From the NCBI GenBank assembly GCA_017503375.1, contig JAFVTF010000067.1, positions 4,042 to 68,041 of the forward strand: 64,000 nucleotides of DNA, read 5' to 3'. The position numbers were made by a program, and so were the translations under genes. Below are positions 9,315 to 20,155 of this stretch, piece after piece. Positions within the stretch are counted from its first letter, which is position 1. Every line of letters begins with the position of its first letter. The DNA comes from Lentisphaeria bacterium. Lineage in GTDB: Bacteria > Verrucomicrobiota > Lentisphaeria > Victivallales > UBA1829. The notes under the pieces are model-generated. The model saw only the letters and a list, made by a program, of their open reading frames with translations. It was not told the origin of the DNA and did no database searches.

Positions 9315-10106
9315 TTAATTGGCTGATTTGACTTTTAGCGTTTCAGAAGGTGTTTTTCCTTCCTTATAGTAAATATAATTCCAATTGTTATATGCCTTTT
9401 CACTGCAGAGTTCCATGTGGATCTTTCCCGGTGAAGTTGTTGCTGTATGACCATCGGCATACATGATATTGGCTTTTTCATTATGTCTTGTATGAATCTG
9501 GGATTTATCGGATTCTGTTGTCAGTTCAATGTAGAAATATTGTCCTCCGTACCATGTTCCGACAGAACCCATATGCAGCGAATCAGCTCCGATCAGCTCA
9601 CTGGATGGGCTTTTTGATTTCCCAATACGGTAAAGACGATCATAATAAGCCCCGTTTTTGATTTCAAAAGCCCGTGAAGGATCAGTTGTAAGAAATACAT
9701 CAAGGGGGAAGATTCCGTACGTTGATTTCATCCGGCTTGTAAGCATGGGATTGGCAACAGCCTGCGGCTGAATTGTCGGACATGACAGAACCTTTGTATC
9801 TGTAAGATATCCTCCCTGATAAGCCTTGAAAAGCCACCCCGGATTGCTTGAAGCATCTGTCGCGTTGTAAACCCGGTATGCATACAGACCGTTGTATTCA
9901 TCGGAATACATTCCGACTCCCAGCATGACTTGTTTCTGATTATTGAGACATGACGAGGTTTGAGCCGCTTTTCTTGCATTGTTCAGTGCGGGCAACAGCA
10001 TTCCCGCCAGAATCGCAATGATGGCGATCACAACCAGAAGTTCGATCAGGGTGAATGGAACAATGACTGAATGGCATTTCCGGCATGAAAAACTTTTGTT
10101 AATCAT
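9315..10106 (-). CDS. Prepilin-type N-terminal domain protein of the H-X9-DG / DUF1559 family
   Basis: [33 protein letters not shown]-terminal helix. C-terminal [12 protein letters not shown] (H-X9-DG). AAGGAG RBS. Position -1 is Pro, not Gly. Confidence 0.85.
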   Translation of the reverse strand: MINKSFSCRKCHSVIVPFTLIELLVVIAIIAILAGMLLPALNNARKAAQTSSCLNNQKQVMLGVGMYSDEYNGLYAYRVYNATDASSNPGWLFKAYQGGYLTDTKVLSCPTIQPQAVANPMLTSRMKSTYGIFPLDVFLTTDPSRAFEIKNGAYYDRLYRIGKSKSPSSELIGADSLHMGSVGTWYGGQYFYIELTTESDKSQIHTRHNEKANIMYADGHTATTSPGKIHMELCSEKAYNNWNYIYYKEGKTPSETLKVKSAN

Positions 10107-10123
10107 CTTTTTTCTCCTTGAAT

Positions 10124-11935
10124 TTATATTATAGTTGGATTTTCCGGTAAATCAAATGAAAAATCTTCATTCCACAATTTTATATTGTTCTTTTTACAGC
10201 TGACAAGCAGTTCATTTACAGCCCGGATCAATGCTCCGGAGGCTGTCGTGAACCATGGAAGTTTTTTCAGTTCATACACTTCAAAACATTCATAAAAACA
10301 CCCCGTAGAATTTTCTGCGGCATCTTTCAGATATTTCAGAGCCTTCCGGAAATCCCCTCTGCGGATTTCTGCCGTTGCAATCACTCCGGCATACCAGGAT
10401 GAAATGTTTTTTCCGCCGGAATATTGTCCTGCAAACTCTGCAATATTCGCTTCTGTTTCTTCCAGAGCTTTCTGCTGAAGCGGATCTTTCGGGCAGACTG
10501 TCTGATAGGGAAAAATTCCATGATACATTGCAATTGAATTCTGTTTGCATCCGGGATAGGGAACATATCGTTCATTTTCAGCTGGAAGTGCATGGGTCAG
10601 CTCTTCAGAAAGTTTCTTCCATTTTTGCCGGAGTTCATGATCACAATCAAGATATTCCGCTATTTCCGCCGCAGCCCGGAAAACTGCGATCCCGCCGCAA
10701 GTTGTTGAGTACCCCCTTTCAATGAATTCCCCAAAACGTTCCATATCGGTACATTTCCCGATGTATGCTCCGGTAACGGAATCGTAATAAACAGCACTGC
10801 GCCGGTAATATTCTGCGCACCCATGAATCAGCGGATATAACACTTCCGAAAGCAGTTGTCTGTCCTGAAGAAATTTCCAGCATTCCCATGCACTGACTGC
10901 AACATTCGCCATGTGAACATATCGGTCCATCCAGAAGCCCGGCGGGGAACCTTCCGAACCGTCTTCCCGTGTTTCCCACGGATAACGTGCCGCAAGATTT
11001 TCTTTCGGACATATATGAGTATAGCATGTTCTTTGAATCGCATTTTCCAATACGGAAAAACGGAAACGGTCGATTTTTACCGCTTCTTTGAAATGACCGC
11101 TTGTCAGAAATGCTCCGTGTACATAAAATTCATCATAGGCGAAAAATCTGCCTTCCCAGTGTGATGGAAATAAGCCGGTCGGAACAGACCAGGGAGTTGA
11201 GGAAATTTTCAAATGGTATTGTGCCGTCCGGTACATTTTCATAAGAGCTTCATCGGGAATAGAAATCCAGCTTTCATTCCAGTATTTTTCCCATTCAGAA
11301 CAATGCGTTTTATACAGAGTATCAAAGTTTTCTCCTTTTGCTTCATCATCAAAACAGAGCAAAATATCAACGTTTGAATTTTTTGTTGTAATTGCCAATT
11401 CATGATCGGAAGAACAGAATTCTGCATCCGGAGCAATCATTTTTATAAAGCCGGAATGATTCCCGGAATTATATTCCAGCCGATCTGTTCCCTGTTGGAC
11501 AATCTGAATGGAACGTTCTTTCGGAAGATTGTAGCTGAATTTGTATCCCGGAACATCTCCCTCTGAGATGATGTTTTTCCGGATCGCAATGATTTCCCGT
11601 TCTGCATGACAGAAAATTTTTGTATGGATTTCAATCCCAGAGCTGTATTTGACGTTACATTCACAATATGCGTGATCAAGATCGATTGATTGGGAAAATT
11701 CCAGAACATCTCCGCTTTTTTCCGGGGATTGCACAAAATTCCCGAACCGGATCAGATTCATACTCTGATCATTATAACGTTTCCCGGAACGGACGATGAC
11801 CGGCTGCATCCCGCAATATTTCTGCTGCTTCATTTCTCCTTCATAATCGACCATGAAGGATAGTTTCCCGTTTCCCATCGCCAGGGGAACATAATGCCGT
11901 TTCCTTTGACTTTTATCACTGTATGATATTTTCAT
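10124..11935 (-). CDS. GH65-like (alpha/alpha)6 glycoside hydrolase/phosphorylase, no signal peptide
   Basis: [19 protein letters not shown] and [16 protein letters not shown] resemble the GH65 catalytic-domain motifs (FWD.E.F and PW.S...G.E). The start is moved to ATG 11935, which has a GGAG 6 nt upstream. The ORF-track start at 11947 lacks an RBS. Confidence 0.5.
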   Translation of the reverse strand: MKISYSDKSQRKRHYVPLAMGNGKLSFMVDYEGEMKQQKYCGMQPVIVRSGKRYNDQSMNLIRFGNFVQSPEKSGDVLEFSQSIDLDHAYCECNVKYSSGIEIHTKIFCHAEREIIAIRKNIISEGDVPGYKFSYNLPKERSIQIVQQGTDRLEYNSGNHSGFIKMIAPDAEFCSSDHELAITTKNSNVDILLCFDDEAKGENFDTLYKTHCSEWEKYWNESWISIPDEALMKMYRTAQYHLKISSTPWSVPTGLFPSHWEGRFFAYDEFYVHGAFLTSGHFKEAVKIDRFRFSVLENAIQRTCYTHICPKENLAARYPWETREDGSEGSPPGFWMDRYVHMANVAVSAWECWKFLQDRQLLSEVLYPLIHGCAEYYRRSAVYYDSVTGAYIGKCTDMERFGEFIERGYSTTCGGIAVFRAAAEIAEYLDCDHELRQKWKKLSEELTHALPAENERYVPYPGCKQNSIAMYHGIFPYQTVCPKDPLQQKALEETEANIAEFAGQYSGGKNISSWYAGVIATAEIRRGDFRKALKYLKDAAENSTGCFYECFEVYELKKLPWFTTASGALIRAVNELLVSCKKNNIKLWNEDFSFDLPENPTII

Positions 11936-12056
11936 GGTGTACTCCATATTTATTCCGCTGTTAATAATTTATATTGAAAATAACTTGAAATCAAGAAGTT
12001 ATTGTGCTATTTTATACATGAACTGGTCATAATCAATACATAAAACAGGAATAATA

Positions 12057-12890
12057 ATGAGAGAAAAAGAAGATTATAAAGTAAATTTTTTGCGGTATCA
12101 GGATATGAGTGAACTGCCGATTTACCCTTTTTGTGCTGAAATTTCATTGCGTTATATTCCGCGAAAAGTCAACAGAAATCAATATCCGTTTTTATTGATT
12201 TGCGGAATTCAGGAAGGAAGCGTGCGTTTCGTTTTCGATGACCGGAAAATAACGCTGAACGCAAATGATGTGCTGCTGATTCCACCTTATACTCCATATT
12301 ATTTTGAATCATATTCGACAGGCGGACATTACAAAAAACTTGCCTTGGAATTACAGGGAAAACTGCTGAATGAATATCTTGATTGTTTGAAGATAAAACA
12401 GGTTTGCTGCCATAAAAAAGAATTATGGGAAGAATTTATTTCCGCATTTGAAAAAATCAATGAATTCAATGCAGCAGGAAATAAAGGGGAAATCCCGGAG
12501 ATATCTGCTGTTATTATCAGACTGCTGCACCATTTCTCTCTTCGGAATCAAACTGAAAACGATAATGGAGATTCTCTTTTGCTGATGGCTTGCAGATGGA
12601 TCGATCAGAACCTGGATAAACCGATAGATCTCCGTTCATTGGAACAACATCTGAACGTCAGCCGTTCAACTCTGGGACGGATTTTCCGGAAAGGAAAAAC
12701 AGTCAGTCCGAAAGAATATTGGATCCGCCGCAGATTGGAAAAATCAGAATACCTTTTGAATCATTCGGAATATTCCATCAAAGAAATCTCTTTCCAGCTG
12801 GGATATTCCTCACAATTCCATTTTTCCAATGAATTCAGACGGTTCTATGGGCTTTCCCCGCTGGCGTACCGGAAACTCGGACAAAACTGA
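12057..12890 (+). CDS. AraC-family transcriptional regulator (cupin-like sensor plus HTH)
   Basis: C-terminal SIKEISFQLGYSSQFHFSNEFRRFYGLSPLAYRK AraC HTH signature. Divergent from the GH65-like operon. Confidence 0.85.
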   Translation: MREKEDYKVNFLRYQDMSELPIYPFCAEISLRYIPRKVNRNQYPFLLICGIQEGSVRFVFDDRKITLNANDVLLIPPYTPYYFESYSTGGHYKKLALELQGKLLNEYLDCLKIKQVCCHKKELWEEFISAFEKINEFNAAGNKGEIPEISAVIIRLLHHFSLRNQTENDNGDSLLLMACRWIDQNLDKPIDLRSLEQHLNVSRSTLGRIFRKGKTVSPKEYWIRRRLEKSEYLLNHSEYSIKEISFQLGYSSQFHFSNEFRRFYGLSPLAYRKLGQN

Positions 12891-12911
12891 GTTTCCGGCA
12901 ATCAATTCGGT

Positions 12912-14756
12912 TCAGAGCTTTTCAATCGCAATATGAACAGTTAAACCATCTTTTCCTTCAGCGGCAAAGGTGTCATAATGTCCATTCCGGTTCCGGGCAG
13001 GGCGTTTCAGATCGCTGATCGTTCCACCTGTGACTGTATAACGGCAGACATATCCGCCAAATTCAATTTCCAGAACCTTTTCTTTTTGCGTGACTTTTGT
13101 ATTTTCTTCCCCGTTGAACCGGAAGACCGGGAGCAGACAACGTACTTTATTTTTTCCGGAAATCTTGATTTGAAGTCCGTTTTTATCCAGCACATAACTG
13201 CTTGCAACAGTTTGACCGCCGGGGAATTTACATTCCACTTCCGCTTTAGCTGTTTCTCCTGATGCAGAATGGCTTTTCACGGTATGGATAACTTCCTGTT
13301 CCTCTGCATCAATCCATTTTCCGTCAGCAAATATTCCCGGAACAATAGAAAGCATTGCCGGATTTTCTATGTCGACAGTGTAGCTTGATTTTGCAGGGCA
13401 GGGGGTGCTGAGACAAAGTTCAGATGGCGCACCTTTTTTGAGAAGGCGTCCCAAACCGCTGCAATCATAATGATAGTTTGCGTTATAATCATATTGAGCA
13501 GTATATTCCCCTGCATGTAAAAACAGCTGATGGAATTTATCGGAGGTTTTCCAGCTTCTTCCCATGTTATCATTGATTTCTCCGGCTGGGATTGAGTCAT
13601 CGCAAATCCGGTATGCAACATAAAGAAAAGAGGCTGCCGTAATCATGTACTTATCGAAATAAGCATAGTCTTCGCAACCGTACTTTGTATCCAGCGGAAA
13701 ACGGTTTTTGATATGAAGGATCGGAGTTTTTTTCAACCAGCCGGAGATCTTTTCCACGGCGCGGATTGCTCTGGCACGGAATTCTCCGGCAGTTTTCATA
13801 TCGCCTTTTGCGGCAAAGCGTCTCGCATAATATTCCATCATAATGGCTAAATGGGATTCATTATGCAGGAATTGATTGCTCCGTCCGCCGAAGGGCATTT
13901 CACCCGTAACGGATTGCAGGTCAAGTGTCAGCAATGCACTGGAATCCAATGCATCCTGCCAGACTTGCTTATATTTTCCCTGATATCCTTCATGAAGAAG
14001 GATCGCGAAAAGTCCGCGGGTGACAAAATCATAAACTGCAGGTTCCCCCGGATCGCGGTACATCTTGTTTTCATCCAGATGCCGCAGCTGAGAATATGCC
14101 TGCAAATCAATAAAATCCGCATAAGAATCAGCCAATCCCATTTTCTGCCGCATAAATTCGCTGACCATTGTGAATGCCGCCCAGTTGTAAACGATATGTT
14201 CTGTGTCTCTTGCATAAACATTATAACATGTATAGGGATTGATCGTTTTCAAAAGATTTTTCCATTCCTGCATCTTTTCAGCGGGAATCACTTTGCTGTT
14301 TTCCAATTCTTCCAGACAGAAAATGATTTCTTTCACGGAAAAATCATTTGCAGCTTTGACTTTCGGGATCTGCTGACAGCAGAAGTCCATCATCTGAATG
14401 AAAATATCTTTCAGATCCTGTCGTTTTCCATGAGCCATGAGGATTCCGATATTGGCAGTCAATCGGGGAAAACCATGTTCAGTCAACCCTTCTTTTTTGA
14501 CCTGATTGAAATAACGGTTGATGTGTTCCATGCTGTATGCAGAAAGCGTGGTTTCCATCAGATCAAGATAGTATGTCTTTTTCATGATCTTTTCCTTTGT
14601 CTTGATTTTTGCTGATTGTTTTATCTGATCGGAATCTTTGATTGTCTGTGTTTGCAGACCGCATCCGGTAAAGGAAAACAATACAGTGATTCCTGTAAAT
14701 ACCGGAAGGATGAACGCCGTTGATTGGATGAACATTTTCTTTTTGTCCATTTCCAT
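12912..14756 (-). CDS. Hypothetical lipoprotein-like protein, function unknown (possibly a helical-toroid glycan enzyme)
   Basis: N-terminal hydrophobic segment ending in FTGC (lipobox-like). It has its own promoter (14783-14811). ATG 14750 has better AGGAG spacing than 14756. No family recognised. Confidence 0.5.
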   Translation of the reverse strand: MEMDKKKMFIQSTAFILPVFTGITVLFSFTGCGLQTQTIKDSDQIKQSAKIKTKEKIMKKTYYLDLMETTLSAYSMEHINRYFNQVKKEGLTEHGFPRLTANIGILMAHGKRQDLKDIFIQMMDFCCQQIPKVKAANDFSVKEIIFCLEELENSKVIPAEKMQEWKNLLKTINPYTCYNVYARDTEHIVYNWAAFTMVSEFMRQKMGLADSYADFIDLQAYSQLRHLDENKMYRDPGEPAVYDFVTRGLFAILLHEGYQGKYKQVWQDALDSSALLTLDLQSVTGEMPFGGRSNQFLHNESHLAIMMEYYARRFAAKGDMKTAGEFRARAIRAVEKISGWLKKTPILHIKNRFPLDTKYGCEDYAYFDKYMITAASFLYVAYRICDDSIPAGEINDNMGRSWKTSDKFHQLFLHAGEYTAQYDYNANYHYDCSGLGRLLKKGAPSELCLSTPCPAKSSYTVDIENPAMLSIVPGIFADGKWIDAEEQEVIHTVKSHSASGETAKAEVECKFPGGQTVASSYVLDKNGLQIKISGKNKVRCLLPVFRFNGEENTKVTQKEKVLEIEFGGYVCRYTVTGGTISDLKRPARNRNGHYDTFAAEGKDGLTVHIAIEKL

Positions 14757-14782
14757 TTACTCCTGTCTTTTTACTGAAAAGT

Positions 14783-14811
14783 AATATACCCCCTTGAAAA
14801 ATAAATGTCAA
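14783..14811 (-). promoter_or_regulatory. Sigma70-type promoter for the 12912-14756 gene
   Basis: Minus strand reads TTGACA-17 nt-TATATT, directly after the upstream terminator. Confidence 0.55.
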
Positions 14812-14814
14812 GAA

Positions 14815-14851
14815 TAAAAAAGGGATATCTCAGATTTTTTCTCAGATATCC
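14815..14851 (-). terminator. Rho-independent terminator ending the DUF4838 operon (locus 2)
   Basis: Minus strand: ggatatctgaga-aaaaa-tctgagatatcc stem (one mismatch) followed by cTTTTTT. Confidence 0.6.
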
Positions 14852-14908
14852 TATGCTTTTTGAGCTGCAGTTCCGGATCACGGAAAACTGCAGAAGTTTG
14901 AGCGGTAT

Positions 14909-17782
14909 TTACAGGAATTTCAGTGTAACATCAGAAATTGCCGCCGCCTCTGTTCCGCGCATTTTGAAGAAGATCATCAGGAATTTATTCCCTTTCAGAG
15001 CATCCCCCTTTACACGGAATTTGACCGGTGCAAAACCTTTGTTGGAAACCGGACGTGCCCAGAGAACATTCTGCCCCGCAACCCAGTTATTCTTCTTCCA
15101 TTCGTAGATGATTACACCGATTTTACCGGATTTACTTTCCGCCGGACGCGCCGCATTCAAGGTCACTTCCATGACGTTTCCGGGTTTTTTGTTCCAGTTG
15201 AAGAGATAATGTCCGATGGTATATGCGTTCGGATTCCGGTTGACCATTGCTGTTTTTCCGAACAGTTTTTCATGGGTCGATTTTTCACGGGGAACGATCT
15301 TCGCAGAAGAAATTTTCTTTTCCCGTGTTTGTGATTTCTGCGCGGCAGCATCGCCAATCCGGATCAGACGGATATCTGCAATATACAGAGGTTCATTGAC
15401 TTTGAACCGGGATGGACGGATAATGATATTCGCTCCGGTATGCCGGGGAAGAACTGTCGCAACCTGTGTGAAAGTCTGCCATTCATTTGCCGGAATGCGG
15501 ATCTGCCGCAGATCTTCCCATGCGTTGTTGACTCCGTTGGTGCAGACCCAGAGGGAAAGATCCATGATCGCCTGCTGTGATTTTGACAGAACCTTGAGCG
15601 ATACCGCCCAGATTCCGGGATCAAGTTTCTCCGTGATCGTGAATGAAACGATATGACTCAACATGATATCATCCGGATTCGGTACTCCGTTGGGATGCGC
15701 CGGAAGGAGCTTGAGAGTCTTTTCGCCCTTGTAAAGCACTTCACTGGTAATTTCATAAGGAACTGAAGTTTTGATCTTCATTACACTTACCGGTTTTTCC
15801 AGTTTCGGGTTGGAGAAATAATTTTTGGCTTTATCTCCCTGAGTAACAAGAGAAATCATTTCTTTGACCGCCTTCGGCATATCCGGCAGAGCGGAAAGAG
15901 CTTTCAATCCCTCCTGAACTTCTTTGTGTTCCATAAAACGCAGAGATTTGAGAAGTCCGGCAGAAAGTAGTACTGAGGCATCCGGCTCATATAATTTCCG
16001 GGTGATATAATACTGTTTTGCTTTTTCATTAGAAAAATCCGCATTGGTGAAATAAGCAGCGGCACGTTTATGTTGAGCAATCAGACGCGGAAACTCCTTT
16101 TTCAGGAAATGAAAGTATGCCAGTGTATCTTTAACATTTTTGAATTCTCCGTTATCTGCTGCCCGGTATGCCATTCCTTGGAACGTTGCAATACAATCCA
16201 GATTTTCCATTTGACGGACAAGCAGGGCAGCACGGGCTTTTTCTCCGGGTGTTTTTGCCAATGTTTCCACTTTGAGCGCAAGGTCAAGCAGTTCTTTGGT
16301 GAAGCCCGGTTTCAGCGCAAACATGTGGTTTTCATTCGGATACATGTAAATATAGTTCCGTGCGCGGAAGATGGGTGTCTTTTTCATTTCTTCGGAAAGC
16401 CAGTAATTTTCGCACTTCTGATAGAGTTCTTTCAGGTACGGAGCGGCTGCTTTTCCGGCATAGCGGTTATACCACTCTTCCAGAAGTTTTTCCGGATCTG
16501 CATTGATATCTTTCAGAAGATTTGCAACAAGATAGGTCTTCGGACCGTCAAGAGCATCTGCCATACGGGAGTTTTCTCCGAAATAGGCTCTGCCGCCGTT
16601 GGCATAAAGATATTTCAGCAACGCAGCATGATTCTTGAAGTTCACGCGGGGGACCAGAAAGTTTCTGCCCCAGCAGTAATCCCAGATCCCGGTTTCTTTG
16701 ACCATTTTCCCCCACTCATTGATCACTCCCCAGTGACGTTCCTTTACTTTCGGATCCAATGCTCCCAGAACAGAATCCAGAGTCATCATGGGAACCACAT
16801 TTTTGTGAACCGGGAAATCCGGAGTCATAATGGTTCCGGTATAAGCGAGAATACCGATCCGGAGATCAGGATATTCTTTACAAACTGCTTCTGCAACACG
16901 GTTTACAAATGTGTAATAACTGTTCGCATGATTCTGTCTGTCATTGACAAATATTCCCTTGCGAAGCCCTTTATTCATGTTCTTGCAGCTTTCACATTCA
17001 CAGAATCCGCTATTGTCGTTGACGCCCAATGTGATGGATTGCGCCGGTCGTTTTTTCAAGATCTCAAGCGTATTTTTTACAGCTTCTTTTGCGGTCTCCG
17101 GATTGGAATAACAGGGTTGCCAGTTATTATAAATATTTGCAGGCGGTTTCACCAGTTTTTTTCCGCGGATGACCGGCATAATTGCAGCGGGCCAGCCTTT
17201 CCGGTATTTATGCGGCGGAAAAGAATAGACAGGAATCCCATGCGTGTATTGGAATTTTCCATTATCATAAAAACCAAGTTCCACAAGGTGATTCGGGAGC
17301 AGCCAGGTTGAACGCCGCAGAGAAAAACCTTCTTTGGATTTCATCGGTTCTGTCGGAACCTGAACATTTTTCATCGGTTCATACTGGAACATGCAATTTT
17401 CGATTCCGAGAAAACGGGTGTCTGCTCCCTTTTCCAGAACAGCATTCAACGCCTGAAATATGGAGGTGTCCGTTGCGGTGATCTTCATCACTTTTTCTGA
17501 CGGAAATTCGATTTCCCAATTGAAATGAGTTCCCAGTTTCGGATTCTTTTCCAGCACGACCTGAATGGTGTACGGAAGATTTTTATTTGTCTTCGGTAAT
17601 TCCGTTCCTGTGACTTTTTTCAGATAAGAGTTAAAAAGATCAATATGTTCAAGACTTTTTTCATCCGTATCTTTTGCCAGTTGAATTTGAGCGGTCGGTT
17701 TTGCATTTTTGACCAGATGGAATTCTGCAGCGGTCAATCCGCTGACAGCCAGCAATCCCATCAATAAAATTTTATGTTTCAT
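14909..17782 (-). CDS. Secreted DUF4838-type putative glycoside hydrolase (paralog of 6358-9297)
   Basis: Signal peptide. AEFHLVKNAKPTAQIQLAKDTDEKSLEHIDLFNSYLKKVTGTELPK opening. AGGAGG RBS. Confidence 0.6.
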   Translation of the reverse strand: MKHKILLMGLLAVSGLTAAEFHLVKNAKPTAQIQLAKDTDEKSLEHIDLFNSYLKKVTGTELPKTNKNLPYTIQVVLEKNPKLGTHFNWEIEFPSEKVMKITATDTSIFQALNAVLEKGADTRFLGIENCMFQYEPMKNVQVPTEPMKSKEGFSLRRSTWLLPNHLVELGFYDNGKFQYTHGIPVYSFPPHKYRKGWPAAIMPVIRGKKLVKPPANIYNNWQPCYSNPETAKEAVKNTLEILKKRPAQSITLGVNDNSGFCECESCKNMNKGLRKGIFVNDRQNHANSYYTFVNRVAEAVCKEYPDLRIGILAYTGTIMTPDFPVHKNVVPMMTLDSVLGALDPKVKERHWGVINEWGKMVKETGIWDYCWGRNFLVPRVNFKNHAALLKYLYANGGRAYFGENSRMADALDGPKTYLVANLLKDINADPEKLLEEWYNRYAGKAAAPYLKELYQKCENYWLSEEMKKTPIFRARNYIYMYPNENHMFALKPGFTKELLDLALKVETLAKTPGEKARAALLVRQMENLDCIATFQGMAYRAADNGEFKNVKDTLAYFHFLKKEFPRLIAQHKRAAAYFTNADFSNEKAKQYYITRKLYEPDASVLLSAGLLKSLRFMEHKEVQEGLKALSALPDMPKAVKEMISLVTQGDKAKNYFSNPKLEKPVSVMKIKTSVPYEITSEVLYKGEKTLKLLPAHPNGVPNPDDIMLSHIVSFTITEKLDPGIWAVSLKVLSKSQQAIMDLSLWVCTNGVNNAWEDLRQIRIPANEWQTFTQVATVLPRHTGANIIIRPSRFKVNEPLYIADIRLIRIGDAAAQKSQTREKKISSAKIVPREKSTHEKLFGKTAMVNRNPNAYTIGHYLFNWNKKPGNVMEVTLNAARPAESKSGKIGVIIYEWKKNNWVAGQNVLWARPVSNKGFAPVKFRVKGDALKGNKFLMIFFKMRGTEAAAISDVTLKFL

Positions 17783-17803
17783 CCTTGATTCCTCCTTTGT
17801 ATA

Positions 17804-18568
17804 TTATTCTGAATAAGTGAAAATCGGGGCAGATGGGGGTTGAAACGTTGTTGTATTGGCCCAATGGAATTCACCTCTGTGGCTGACTGTATTACCGGCA
17901 ACAGTCACGACATTATCAACACCCTGGTGGTGGGAATCCGGCTTATCTGTCAGACGTCTGGTATTATATTCTGCCAAACCATATATATTGGGATTTGATT
18001 GTGCTGCATAACTGTGAGTATCTGTCATAAAAATTATTTTTGAAGCTGGAACCTTTGATTTCCCAAGTTTATAAGGGGAATAGAATTTAGGAGGCGCCTG
18101 AAAATATCCCAGCAATTGGTTTACAGTGTAGCTTCTGTTGATAGTTTTTCCGCCTTCCTTCTGGAACTCATAATTATACGTTCCGTTGGCAACCATACCG
18201 ACACCCCGGGAACGGTCACCCGGACAATCGAAAATTTTGATGGAAACTCCTCCTCGTTTGATGTCGGTGTAACCGGCATAATAAATGGTATGGAAAGGCG
18301 AGAGTTTTGCATGGGTAGATTTATTGTATGCAATCGGGAAAAAATCATTCTGGTCACCGGCATAGGATGTAAAAACCTGATGCGCCTGTTTCAGATTGGA
18401 AATACAGGATGCACTGATTCCCTTTGCTCTGGATTTGTTCAGAGCCGGAAGCAGCATTCCCGCAAGAATTGCAATGATCGCAATAACCACGAGCAATTCG
18501 ATCAGCGTGAAGCACATGTGCTTCATGCCTGTACACAGGCATGAACCGTTGTTCTTTGACATTTTCAT
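17804..18568 (-). CDS. Prepilin-type N-terminal domain protein, H-X9-DG family variant (H-X9-AG)
   Basis: [30 protein letters not shown]-terminal [12 protein letters not shown]. The start is set at ATG 18568 (MKMSKNN...), preceded by AAAGGAAAC. The ORF-track start at 18613 is an upstream extension. Confidence 0.8.
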   Translation of the reverse strand: MKMSKNNGSCLCTGMKHMCFTLIELLVVIAIIAILAGMLLPALNKSRAKGISASCISNLKQAHQVFTSYAGDQNDFFPIAYNKSTHAKLSPFHTIYYAGYTDIKRGGVSIKIFDCPGDRSRGVGMVANGTYNYEFQKEGGKTINRSYTVNQLLGYFQAPPKFYSPYKLGKSKVPASKIIFMTDTHSYAAQSNPNIYGLAEYNTRRLTDKPDSHHQGVDNVVTVAGNTVSHRGEFHWANTTTFQPPSAPIFTYSE

Positions 18569-18720
18569 AATGTTTCCTTTCTTGTTTGTTATTATAAAAA
18601 CAGTATACGACACTGCATCAAAGATTCCGGAAATCTTTGAAATCGTTTCTCCGGTGATATTTTGAAAAACCCCGGTTATACTTTTTTTCTTTCAAAACGG
18701 AACGTTCAACGCTGTCAAAA

Positions 18721-20103
18721 TCACTCGTAAAAACGCAAAACGTTCTGAATGACTTTATCTTTCGTGATCGTTCCATTCAAATATTGCTCAAAATAAGGCA
18801 TCATGGCACAGCCCACCGGAGTCGGATAACGTTTCGGGTTCTGACGGCAGCGGGCAAAATATTTCAATAATTCCTTTTCAGGAGCAATATCAATAGTAGA
18901 AATGGATTCTGTTCTGACAGGAGCGGAATGCAGTTTTGTCCAAATTTCATCCTGAACAGATTTTGATAAGAGGTATTCGATAAACAAGAGTGCATGATGA
19001 ATGTTTTCAGAATGTTTCCCGATCCCGATCATACCGCTTCCACCCCAGTAATAACAGTCTTTCCGCGGGTTATGATAAATCGAAGAAATATATTGTTCTT
19101 CTGCAGTAATTCCGGTTGAGAATACAGAATTTGAATAGGAGGGAACACAGAACACATTCATTTCAGAATTTCCATTCAGAATTCCCCAGGAGATTTCATT
19201 TGTCATGAAGACATTTTTTCTCTCTTTGACCAGTTCGATCCGGTCAAAGACAATATTACAATGTTCCCGGATGATTTCCGGAGTAAAATCCACAGGAACA
19301 CCCAGATCGCGGCAGATATCATAATAGAGATTAAAAACCGGATATTTTTCCGGCAGAAACTGATTCACTTTCCGGAGCATTTCTTCCATCGGCATATTTC
19401 CGGCGGAAACACCATCGAATAAATGAAATTGTTTCAGCCATTGGACACGCTGAAATGTGAACATGTAAGTGTACGCATATTCATTTTGCAGCGGAAATGT
19501 TTCGTTGAGCATTCCGGAAAGAAACTCATCAGAATGGAAAAGTTTTTTCCAGGAAGGCTTGACTGGCATCAGCTGGTCCAGGTAACTTTTTGCCTGGAAA
19601 ATAGGTGTCGGCATCACTGCCAGATCAAAATTCCCGGACTGAAAATAATCCCAGTAAGAGGTATCGATACTTTCAAAATTATTACAGTATTGAGCTTTCA
19701 GATGCACCGTGGGAACCAGTTGATTGAATTTTTCGATTAATGAGTTCCAGAAATTGATCTGATCAGGCTTCGTCTCCGGAAGGAGGAGCGTCATGCTCTT
19801 ATTCATAGATCCGGTAACTTTATTATATGCACCACGTGGTGTATTGTTTTCTGCTTTTTTGTGATTGACATAGGTTTCTTTTCCGCGCCGGACCAATCTT
19901 CCGGATTCCAGAAACGGTTCCAGTGCTTTGCGGATCGTCCGCCTGTTCACTTTGATTTCCGCTGCAAGTTCACGTTCCGATGGAAAACGCATATTATGTT
20001 CAGATTTAAGGATCCAGTAATGAAACTGGTGTCTTAAGATCAGATAAAGCGGCTTGTCTGTCCGATTTATATAGAAAGGCTCTTTCAGTATTTCCGGAAT
20101 CAT
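18721..20103 (-). CDS. One-component regulator: GntR-type winged HTH fused to an ABC-type sugar/solute-binding-protein-like domain
   Basis: N-terminal FPSERELAAEIKVNRRTIRKALEPFLESGRLVRRGKETYV (GntR HTH). The C-terminal ~370 aa include WGGSGMIGIGKHSENIHHALLFIEYLLSKSVQDEIW, typical of family-1 extracellular solute-binding proteins. No signal peptide. Confidence 0.7.
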   Translation of the reverse strand: MIPEILKEPFYINRTDKPLYLILRHQFHYWILKSEHNMRFPSERELAAEIKVNRRTIRKALEPFLESGRLVRRGKETYVNHKKAENNTPRGAYNKVTGSMNKSMTLLLPETKPDQINFWNSLIEKFNQLVPTVHLKAQYCNNFESIDTSYWDYFQSGNFDLAVMPTPIFQAKSYLDQLMPVKPSWKKLFHSDEFLSGMLNETFPLQNEYAYTYMFTFQRVQWLKQFHLFDGVSAGNMPMEEMLRKVNQFLPEKYPVFNLYYDICRDLGVPVDFTPEIIREHCNIVFDRIELVKERKNVFMTNEISWGILNGNSEMNVFCVPSYSNSVFSTGITAEEQYISSIYHNPRKDCYYWGGSGMIGIGKHSENIHHALLFIEYLLSKSVQDEIWTKLHSAPVRTESISTIDIAPEKELLKYFARCRQNPKRYPTPVGCAMMPYFEQYLNGTITKDKVIQNVLRFYE

Positions 20104-20125
20104 AAAAAAATCCTTGAATTTATTG

Positions 20126-20148
20126 CACCATATACACCAACTGCACCA
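20126..20148 (-). promoter_or_regulatory. Three TGGTG pentamers at 9-bp period in the regulator leader (candidate operator)
   Basis: CACCA on the + strand at 20126, 20135 and 20144, located between the -10 box and ATG 20103. Confidence 0.4.
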
Positions 20149-20155
20149 TGAAGAT

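Noticed and set aside
16070-17311. 413-aa ORF antisense to the DUF4838 gene. Similar cases are 39601-40929, 38056-38895, 47212-48222 and 52485-53537.
   Set aside because: All are nested opposite better-supported genes and lack RBS or motif support.
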